DNA from: Octopus vulgaris
Taxonomy: Eukaryota
Reading direction: 5' to 3'
DNA length: 64,000 nucleotides
Assembly: GCA_951406725.2 (NCBI GenBank)
Contig: OX597816.1
Span: forward strand, 21,452,001-21,516,000
Position numbers and translations under genes: made by a program. Positions 54,700 to 64,000 of the stretch are shown piece after piece (positions within the stretch are counted from its first letter, which is position 1; every line of letters starts with the position of its first letter). A model generated the notes under the pieces. The model made no database searches. It was given only the letters and a program-made list of their open reading frames with translations, and had not been told where the DNA came from.

Positions 54700-54710
<11 letters not shown>
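54432..54710 (-). mobile_element. Partial copy of the 15394-15784 Helitron
   Basis: Reverse-complement match to 15400-15675. Confidence 0.85.
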
Positions 54711-54771
<61 letters not shown>

Positions 54772-55585
54772 GATTATGGTTGCATAATGAAATACCACGT
54801 ATCATAGTTAAAATGATGATGATGACGATGGTGACAGCGATGTTATAGCTGCATCATATGCAGTCAAATCTAGTGAGTAAACATTGTTCATAACATATCT
54901 GAAGAGTTGTTTGTCATACTTTATACAGACTGTTCTCACGATTTCACAGAAATATGCTTTATCGCAACCTGCATCAATAATTACCATGACATCAACGTAG
55001 TCATCGTACTTGCACTTGTCAGTTAATACCTTTGACAGTTCTCTCTCTTTCTCAGCTTAGTCCAATCCAGCCTGTCTTTCAAACTCAGATTGCATATCCT
55101 ACGGATTTTTTCCAATTTCTATTGTTTCAAAGCTTCTGTCTCAGCTGTCAATATTTTCTATTTTCCTATTACACAACACTTCGCTGGTTATGCATATTAT
55201 ATTATCTTCCTTAGGGTTTAGAAAAGAATCACATTTTGACTAGACAGAAAAAAGTTTTCATCATTATCATCATCGTCGTCGTCATCGTGATCATTATCAA
55301 TACTTAACGTCCGTCTTTTCCATGCAGGTATCGATTGGATGGTTTGACAGGAAGTAGCAAGGGCAGGGGCCGCACCAGGTTCCATAGTATGTTTTGGCTT
55401 GATTTCTAGAGCTGGATGCCCTTCCTAACGCCAACTACTTTACAGAGTGTATTGAGTGACTTTTACGCGGCACCATCACCAGTGCTTTTCTTTTAGTGGC
55501 TCCATCACAAGTACATTTTATGAGGCATCAACAGAAACAATATACTATTGCTAGCATCAATCCCAGTATTCAATTGTGGTATATG

Positions 55586-55885
55586 TTTGTTCCTTGTCGA
55601 GTCATGCCTGGCTCATGAGGGCCAGTTTCCCGGTTTCCTTGGCGTATAGGTTCCCCACTTGGACGGGACGCCGGTTCGTCGCAGGTGAGCTACAAGATGC
55701 AAGAGGAAAGAATGAGAGAAAGTTGTGGCGAAAGAGTCAGCAGAAGTTCGCCATTACCTTCTGCCGGAGCAGCGTGGTGCTTAGGTGTTTCGCTCATAAA
55801 CACACACATCACCCGGTCTGAGATTCGAACCCGCGATCCCTCGACTGCGAGTCCGCTGCTCTAACCACTAGGCCATGTGCCTCCA
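55586..55885 (-). mobile_element. tRNA(Arg)-like SINE, D-related, 15-bp TSD
   Basis: CAATTGTGGTATATG at 55571-55585 and 55886-55900; GGTTCGAATCT B-box. Confidence 0.9.
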
Positions 55886-55889
55886 CAAT

Positions 55890-56174
55890 TGTGGTATATG
55901 CGGGAGATTTTAAATAAGGACACCTACCTTCTCTTTGTTGACGGAAACTTCTCCAGCGGTAATGCACCCTTTCATGCGGCCCGACCCGAACGCTAGAAAT
56001 AGCAGCTGCTTTCCCCCTACCTTAAACAAAACGCTCACACATCCAACTCCGTCGGCTGCCTCGATTGAAAGGCCCAATGCTGCCCTGCCTGGGCACGCGC
56101 GTCACTCCTGCCCCTTCCTCTTCCGGTCAGCCCCAAGTTCCGGTCAGCTCCCCAGCTGCTGACGTCATCCCACA
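55890..56174. mobile_element. GC/CpG-rich element, possible short solo LTR
   Basis: TGTGG...CCACA termini, near-TSD TCAAT/TCATT, contains TGACGTCA and two TTCCGG. Confidence 0.45.
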
Positions 56175-56300
56175 TCATTAGCCCACCATAAATGTTCATT
56201 CCATTCTGCAACTCAGTATTAAATACAAAACCACCATCTTAGCAGTCAATTTGATTTCAGTCTTTCTTCACTGAATATGTTGTCAGTGTTATTTTCTTAG

Positions 56301-56554
56301 TGGAAGCGCGTGGCTTAGTGGTTAGCGTGTCAGCATCATGATCGTAAGATTGGGGTTTTGATTCCTGGACCAGGCGACGCGTTGTGTTCTTGAGCAAAAC
56401 ACTTCATTTCACGTTGCTCCAGTCGACTCAGCTGGCAAAAAGGAATAACGCTGCCATGGACTGGCGTCCCGTCCAGCTGGCGAACACATACGCCATTGAA
56501 ACCGGGCCCATGAGCCTGGCTAGGCTTTAAAAGGGCGACGTTTATCGTTTTATC
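56301..56554 (+). mobile_element. tRNA-headed SINE family C, 13-bp TSD
   Basis: GTTATTTTCTTAG at 56288-56300 and 56555-56567. Confidence 0.9.
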
Positions 56555-56574
56555 GTTATTTTCTTAGCGGCAAG

Positions 56575-56778
56575 GCTACGACCTGGCAGAATCAGTAGCA
56601 CAACTGGTAAAATGCTTTGCGGCATTTTGTATGTTTTGAGTTCGAATTCCACCGAGGTCAACTTTCCCTTTCATCCATTCTGGGCCGATAAAATAAGTAC
56701 CGGCTGAGCACTGGGGTTGATGTAACTAACTGCTGCCCTCCCCAACATTTTAGGTCTTGTGCCTATGATAGAAAGGAT
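56575..56778 (+). mobile_element. Diverged SINE family E
   Basis: GAGTTCGAATTCC, CCTTTCATCC..GATAAAATAAGTACC. Confidence 0.8.
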
Positions 56779-56854
56779 AAGATTGGAAGTAAACTTGAGA
56801 ACTCATCAAACTTTTTAAATTTATTTATTACACTGTGTTTTTCATATTAAATTG

Positions 56855-57225
56855 TTACTCTTTTACTTGTTTGAGTCATTTGACTGCGGCCATGCTGGAG
56901 CACTGCCTTTAGTTCAGCAAATCGACCCCAGGACTTATTCTTTGTAAGCCTAGTACTTATTCTATCAGTCTCTTTTGCCGAACCACTAAGTTACGGGGAC
57001 GTAAACACACCAGCATCGGTTGTCAAGCGAGGGGATAAACACAGACACATACACATATATACGACAGGCTTCTTTCAGTTTCCGTCTACCAAATCCACTG
57101 ACAAGGCTTTGGTAGGCTCGAGGCTATAGTAGAAGACACTTGCCCAAGGTGCCACGCAGTGGGACTGAACGCAGAACTATGTGGTTGGTAAGCAATATAC
57201 TTACCACACAACCACTCCTGCGCCT
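56855..57225 (-). mobile_element. SINE family A, full length, short internal microsatellite
   Basis: Collinear with other copies. Confidence 0.9.
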
Positions 57226-57285
57226 ATAAATTCTTTTGATTATTGTTGATTACATTTTTTTTCTGCATACTATAACTATTATACT

Positions 57286-57603
57286 AACACTGTCTGTTAC
57301 GATGAAATCGAGTGTTCTATTTGATCCGATCAACGGAACAGCCTGCTCGTGATATTAACATTCAACTGACTGACCACTCCACAGACACGTGTATCATTAG
57401 CGTATTTCTAAAGGAGATTCGGCGTCATATAGAAAGTGACAACACTGACCCTTTGAATTACAGGTACTTTCTTGGTGAGTGGACTGTGAAGCAAGACGAA
57501 ATAAAGTGAGTTGTTCAAGGACAAGACACGTCGGCAGAAATCGAACTCACGACTTCAGGATCGTGAGCCAAACACCCTAACCTCTAAGCGATGTGCTTTC
57601 ACA
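57286..57603 (-). mobile_element. Diverged tRNA-headed SINE with a different 3' body
   Basis: Minus strand GTGAAAGCACATCGCTTAGAGGTTAGGG..GAGTTCGATT..TCCTTGAACAACTCACTTTATTTC. Confidence 0.7.
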
Positions 57604-57719
57604 GGACTATTATCCTGAGTGGACATTTTTCTGAAGCTTTAAATCGTGTGTGAGTGTGTGCGCGCGCGCGTTTGTGTTCCACTGCATATAATTGAGATTA
57701 CAATACTCTTTACTCTGAA

Positions 57720-58280
57720 TAAGATGTTGGACCAAAGCATCTCGAGGATTGAATCACCCCAGATGGCACTCACTAAGCGAATTGAAGGCATGAATGCTCT
57801 CGATTACTGGGAACGCCTTAAAGCCTTGAATCTCTATTCTCTCCAGCGCTGCGATGTGGAGAATATACTGCCAACTTTGCCCAAACGACCTGAACATTAA
57901 TTTCAAGGTTCATCCAAGGCTGGCACCACGGGCCATACGTCCCCTGCCCAATTCAGGATCACAGCATATAGGTACACTGCAACATAATTTCTTTTCCTCA
58001 ACAGGCTCTGCCCTGTTTAACATTGTCCCGAAAGAGATCAAAGAGGAAACGGATCCCATCACATTTAAACCGAGTCTGGACAGATTTCTTCAAGGAATAC
58101 CAGATAAGCCACCCATACCTGGATACTACTCACTCAACAAGAACTCACTACTTGAATGGACCATAAACTAAACTTGACTGAAAAAGGATTTAGATAATCC
58201 TATCAGGTGGTGCTATTAAGTTAGAGATGGCCTGGACCAATCTTAGGTCGAAATATATCTAAGTTTATCTAAGTTTATCT
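57720..58280 (+). mobile_element. CR1-like LINE 3' fragment, second family
   Basis: TKRIEGMNALDYWERLKALNLYSLQR..LFNIVPKEIK..FKPSLDRFLQGIPDKP; (TATCTAAGTT)n tail. Confidence 0.88.
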
Positions 58281-58715
58281 TCCTATATATTTCTGAAAGT
58301 CATTTACACCTGAGTGGTCTGGAGTATAAGGAATGGGAATCAAAACCATATTAAAAATTTACTTTTAAAACTACCACCCGACCTCTAAGTAATTTGGTGA
58401 CAGAATTCAGACTAGATTTTTCAATATGAATTAATTCCATATATTGAAATACATTGCCTAACGTCAACAAACTAAGTTATGGTGTCTTTCTTCTCTCTCT
58501 CTCTCTGCCACTCTTGGTGGTCTTGTAAAAACCATGTGTCTACTCATCCTGAATTATACTATTAAAAATGCAACTGGGCTCTGGTATCCTATATTAATTA
58601 AGGAGGGCAACGATAAGCAACATCAATAAGCTACTGGCCAACAGCACAAAAAACACCATGTGGTATAGATTCACAGGGAAATACTCTTAATATTCAATGC
58701 TTTGTTAGCCTCTCT

Positions 58716-59040
58716 CAGTGGTTACAGCGTCGAGCTTACGATCATGAGTTTGTGAGTTCGATTCCCGGACCGGGCTGTGTGTTGTGTTCTTGAGCAAGAC
58801 ACTTTATTTCACGTTGCTCCAAATTAACTAAGCTGTAGAAATGAGTTGCGACATCACAAGTGCCAAGCTGTATTGGCCTTTGCCTTTCCCTTGGATAGCA
58901 CTGTTGGCGTGGAGAGGGGAGGCCAGTATTCATGGGTGACTGCTGGTGTTCCATAAACAGCCTTGCCCGGACGTGTACCTCGGAGGGTAACTTTCTAGGT
59001 GCAATCCCAAGGTCATTCATGACCGAAGGAGGGTCTCCCA
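58716..59040 (+). mobile_element. tRNA-headed SINE family C', 13-bp TSD
   Basis: TGTTAGCCTCTCT at 58703-58715 and 59041-59053; GAGTTCGATTCCC B-box. Confidence 0.9.
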
Positions 59041-60294
59041 TGTTAGCCTCTCTTTATACAGATACTCTGTAGATGTATGTAGTTCACCCTTGTAAGAAGT
59101 GCGTGATACATATAACTGATAGATGTTTTGTAAGCCTCATTGTAGTGCTCAAGACTTCGTTCGTTAATGTGAAATAAAACTACTCCAGTGTGTCTCTGCT
59201 TTTGTATGATTATATAAAACCTTCACTAATGCCTCAGACCAAATGGGTTGTGAAACATTACTTGCTATATTCATTGCTAGGGAATGTTTACATCCATAAT
59301 CTTGTAAGCAACACACAATATTTAGTTGCTCAAAACCCAAATACAAATCACCATAAGAAGATAGCATTATAGATTTTTCCCAATTTTAAAGGCATGATTT
59401 AATGAAGGAAATCGGCAAGTTGACGTCTGGAGGCCCATAAAATTTCTCATACAACATTTTAGTAACATTAAATATATTATTGCATAGGTTCCAAGATTCC
59501 ATAAAGTTTAAGAAAAGACCATCATCTATTACTGACATTGCATATCAGTAGATTTATCTTAGATTGTAAATTTCATGTATTATGATCATTCCTCACGGTA
59601 TTGACTGCAGGAGAGATGTAATTGATATAGGAAAGAAGTTGCGGTTGCAGACTTTAAGATGTCCGAATAACGATACTTCAGGATTATAGCTACAGCGATT
59701 AATCTAATATTTACTGATGGTACTTCAAAATAAATCGCAACTTATTCTGTCTCTCTCTCGCTCTTTCGCTCTTTCCTTCTCTTCCCCCTCTGTCGGTCTT
59801 TTTTTTTTTAAATCCTTAACTGATAGACGTTTTCTTTCAATGTTGTCTTATATGAAACCACTGAAGAACACCACCACACTATAAATGTTGTTTTAGTATA
59901 TTTGATAGCAAGAAAAAAAAGAAGATAAGCGAATTAAGAATCTACAGAAGTATTTTAATACAAACAGCTTTATATGATAGCTGAGTAAAAAAAGGACTTA
60001 CTCTTAAGATCAACTAAATCTTTGAAGAAAACTGATAAGTTGATCCTCCTACTTATCAAAACATTTAGCAAACTTCAGTGAGTGTGAATTTAGAGTTTTT
60101 CTTATCTGGATTTACAACATTTTAAATAAATTGTCTCCTCTTTGAAGTATCAATATTTTTTATATATAATGTTATAACTTCGGGTTTTTTAAAATATCTT
60201 TTACCTAAAAAATGTATTTTCTGACGTGTAGCGTTTAGTGGCAAATTGACGAAATAGTGAAAAATACATGTATGGCTACATACATACTTATATG

Positions 60295-60325
<31 letters not shown>

Positions 60326-60376
60326 AAGGAATTGGAAATGACAAAAGAATAAATGATAATCTTATGAACTTCAATA

Positions 60377-60455
60377 GCTTACCGCTGTTTCAGCTATAAC
60401 AAGCAGTGGACTCATAGTTGAGTACTTGAGCAACACATTACAGCTTCATCAGAGC
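60377..60455 (-). ncRNA. Type-I hammerhead with long helix II
   Basis: GCT-CTGATGA-AGCTGTAA..TTATAGCT-GAAA-CAGCGG-TA-AGC. Confidence 0.7.
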
Positions 60456-60606
60456 GTCAAACATGAAGTGCAATTTATTTGGGAAAACAAATACAGTTAT
60501 ACATATACTCTTTTATTCTTTTACTTGTTTCAGTCATTTGACTGTGGCCATGCTGGAGCACCACCTTATATATACAAGAAAGCATTAGCAATGAGATAAT
60601 ATGCAC

Positions 60607-60672
<66 letters not shown>

Positions 60673-61101
60673 ACACACACACACACACTCACACACACAC
60701 GTACGTATGAAATGCTTACTTGAAGCTACCTGACAAGCCCACTCGCAAGTTTTGGTCAGCCCTCAGGCCCTCCAAAGTGCCACACCATTGGAATGAATCT
60801 CAAACCTCCTGGCTGGAAGCAAGCATCTAACCACACACCCATGCCTTTGCCTACACATCATAATCATCATCATCATCATGGTTCTAACATCCACTTACCC
60901 GTGCTCTCGTGTCAAATCGTAGATTTTCTATGTCCGGTCACGGCCACCTCCCCTGCTTTTTTCCATATGAGACACCGAAATGGAGGACACCACTTTCATA
61001 ACAGTGACTCTCGTTTATCCAAGGGTTGTAGAATAATACACTTTTCTAACTTACCACGCAATGAGATCGAACCCAGAGTCATTTGGTTGGAAAGCAATCT
61101 T

Positions 61102-61119
61102 TTTACTACGGGGTCATAC

Positions 61120-61181
<62 letters not shown>

Positions 61182-61368
61182 GTATGTATGTATGTATGTA
61201 TGTAAGTATGTATGTATGTATGTATGTGTGTGTGTATGTATGTATGCATGTGTGTATGTATGTGTGTATGTATGTATGCATGTATGTATGTGTGTATGTA
61301 TGTATGTATGTATGTATGTATGTGTGTGTATGTATGTATGTATGTATGTATGTATGTATGTATGTATG
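61102..61368. repeat. (TATG)n
   Basis: Direct reading. Confidence 0.95.
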
Positions 61369-61890
61369 TTATTTACATTATTTACGTGGGACGGATATGT
61401 GTCCTCATCTTGTTTGTTGTTACCACAACGTTTCGGCTGATTTACTCTCCAGCCATCATCAGGTGTCCTGGTGAAATTTTGAACCTAACCCTAGATTCTC
61501 ATTCCTAAGGTATATTTTGCTGATGTTATTGTTGTTGTTGTTGTTGTTATTATTATCATTATTTATTCAAGGCACTACCGGGAATAGAACTCGGAATCTT
61601 TGGGTTAGTAGCACGCGCTTTTAACCACTACGCTACGGGCATATAACTACTAACCCCAAGATTCCGAGTTCAATTCCATGCAGTGTCTTGAATAAATAAT
61701 AATAATAACATCAGCAAAATATACCTTAGGAATGAGAACCCAGGGTTGGGTTCAAATTGCTACCAGGACACCTGATGAAGGCTGGAGAGTAAATCAGCTG
61801 AAACGTTGTGGTAACAACAAACAAGATGAGGACCCATATCCGCCCAATGTAAATAACGTACAGAATACCTCACCTCTAAAATATAGAACA
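61369..61890. mobile_element. Fold-back Penelope-like pLTR insertion, copy 3, both hammerhead cores intact
   Basis: Inverted arms meet in the tRNA-like segment near 61640; hammerheads at 61422-61467 (-) and 61767-61812 (+). Confidence 0.88.
61767..61812 (+). ncRNA. Minimal type-I hammerhead, intact core
   Basis: GACAC-CTGATGA-A-GGCTG..CAGCT-GAAA-CG-TT-GTGGT; AACGTT palindrome. Confidence 0.8.
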
Positions 61891-62043
61891 ATATGTATGC
61901 ATTTATGTATGTATGTATGTATGTATGTATGTATGTATGTATGTATGTATGTATATTATTTTCTTAGCGACAACAAAAAATTGAGTTAAAAGCGCTAGAC
62001 AAGTTTGAAAATTCAAAATATTTTCTAGAAATTTTAACACACG

Positions 62044-62455
62044 CGCAGAAGTAGCTGTGGGGTAAGTAGCTTGCTTACCAACCACATGGTTCTGGTTTCA
62101 ATCCCACTGCGTGGCACCTTGTGCAAGTGTCTTCTACTATAGCCTCGGGCCGACCAAAGCCTTGTGAGTGGATTTGGTTGACGGAAACTGAAAAAGCCCG
62201 TCGTATCTATGTATATGTATATATATATGCGTGTGTGTGTGTGTTTGTGTGTCTGTGTTTGTCCCTCCAACATCGTTTGTCAACCGATGCTGGTGTGTTT
62301 ACGTACTCGTAACTTAACGGTTCAGCAAAAGAGACCGATAGAATAAGTACTAGGCTTACAAAGAATAAGTCCTGGGGCCGATCTCGTCGACTAAAGGTGG
62401 TGATCCAGCATGGCCGCAGTCAAACGACTGAAACAAATAAAAGAGTAAAAGAGTA
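62044..62455 (+). mobile_element. SINE family A, full length
   Basis: Collinear with other copies. Confidence 0.9.
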
Positions 62456-62550
62456 TAGGTGAACTAGTGAGAGAACTGTTTTTGATTTTGATTAACGTCA
62501 TGGAATATATATATATATCAAATATAAATTAAAAACAGAACACAAAGGAT

Positions 62551-62647
62551 CTCGCGGTATGCGTGTTTCAAGCTTTATAAACAATCTGTTATTACATCAG
62601 TGTGTTATTGGTATAAAAGATGGTTTAAAGCTCTCTTCAGTCGCAAA
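62551..62647 (-). ncRNA. Type-I hammerhead, CpG-decayed helix III
   Basis: TTTGCGA-CTGAAGA-GAGCTTTA..TAAAGCTT-GAAA-CACGCA-TA-CCGCGAG. Confidence 0.65.
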
Positions 62648-62787
62648 CATTATTAGTCCAAAGATTACAACACAATATAAAAGGCACACGTAGTTTTACC
62701 CATTATAATAGTTTTATCATATCTCCTTGAAAAAGTATTTTTGCATAATTGTATAAATGTATAAATGCATAAAGATTTATTGGATTT

Positions 62788-62828
<41 letters not shown>

Positions 62829-62831
<3 letters not shown>

Positions 62832-63168
62832 TCCCCTGCCCAATTCAAGATGACAACATACATGTATACTGCAACATAATTTCTTTTCCTCAACAGGCCC
62901 TGCCCTATTTAACATTGTCCCGAGGGAGATCAAAGAGGAAAAGGATCCCATCAACTTTAAGCGGAGTCTGGATAGATTCTTTCAAAGAATACCAGATAAG
63001 CCACTCATAGTTGGATACAACTCACCCAACAAGAACTCACTACTTGAACAGAACTTGACTTAAACAAACTTGACTTAAACAGGATTCGAATAATCCTATC
63101 AGGTGGTGCTATTAAGTTAGACATGGCCTGGACCAATCTTTGGTCGAAACATATCTAAGTTATCTAAG

Positions 63169-63171
<3 letters not shown>
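62829..63171 (+). mobile_element. CR1-like LINE 3' fragment (same family as 57720-58280) inside (TA)n
   Basis: Aligns to 57939-58275. Confidence 0.88.
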
Positions 63172-63267
<96 letters not shown>

Positions 63268-63725
63268 TCAAAAATAGAATATAAGAAAGGAAGAAATTAT
63301 AGATGAAAATGTACTATTTGTAGCAAAGCATCAAAGATACAAGAAAAGCAGTATAAATCTATTATATCGTCGATATATCCTCCTCATACATGTACGCAAA
63401 TATGAATATAAGTACATAATCCAGTTTTGATGACAAAGCTTTGTTAATATGATTAACTCCTAATTAATGTGACTTAGTATAATTAGAGTAGTATACAGGA
63501 AAAAAAGATTCATAACTTGTTCTCGTCAGCTGTTCAATGAAATAAAATCCTCATTAGTGACATGATTATGCAATTAGCATTGCAATTTATTTAATTGCGA
63601 TGGGCTTCCCCCAATTCATTAGGAGAGAAAGATGAAAATAATAAGATAGAAATGAAAATACTATTATTAAATGACCCTCAAAGTGTCTACTTATATTTAT
63701 GACGAAATTACACTTTTTGTTTCAG

Positions 63726-63762
63726 GGAAATTAGCACTAGAGCTTCTTAAGAGCTTCGCTAA
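63726..63762 (+). CDS. Candidate 37-nt micro-exon
   Basis: TTTTTGTTTCAG| acceptor, AA|GTAATT donor; only one frame open (KLALELLKSFA), phase-compatible with 45531-45632. Confidence 0.2.
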
Positions 63763-64000
63763 GTAATTATGTATTTATTCATTCTTAATAATATTTGTAA
63801 TCTTTCACTCTCATGTGATAAACAAAAAAATATACTATATTTATGCCGTATCAAGTTTGCAGTTTTAGTCTATATGTTAATCATTTGAGTATATATTGTA
63901 TAGAAATATACTGTCACGAGGATATCGGAACTTCTCTGTTGGTAGAGTAAATGTTTATTGATGCTACCAATCTGATTTTGCTAAACTTCGTATTGACTCA

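Noticed and set aside
63515-63562. Minus-strand CTAATGA..GAACAGCTG hammerhead-like relic
   Set aside because: Several core mismatches; too degenerate to call.

Overview
AT-rich, repeat-saturated eukaryotic genomic DNA. The SINE/LINE repertoire and microsatellite load suggest an octopus or other coleoid cephalopod (recognition, not a database match). It is probably intronic or intergenic. No intact host gene is evident, and almost all listed ORFs are microsatellite or repeat artefacts. The window holds about five tRNA-headed SINE families, RTE and CR1-like LINE 3' fragments, about 20 copies of an RTE 3'UTR with hairpin repeats, a solo LTR, non-autonomous Helitrons, and a mariner remnant plus MITE. 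The most notable signal is an unannotated layer of Penelope-like element (PLE) relics carrying minimal type-I hammerhead ribozymes: about 10 recognisable motifs plus partial ones, from at least 6 families. One family appears as three fold-back insertions plus one fragment. It places a tRNA-like Pol III cassette and an (AAT)n tract between the PLE ORF stop and the hammerhead, suggesting a Pol III-transcribed, self-cleaving, PLE-mobilised SINE/retrozyme-like unit. Coordinates were read by eye and may be off by a few bases.
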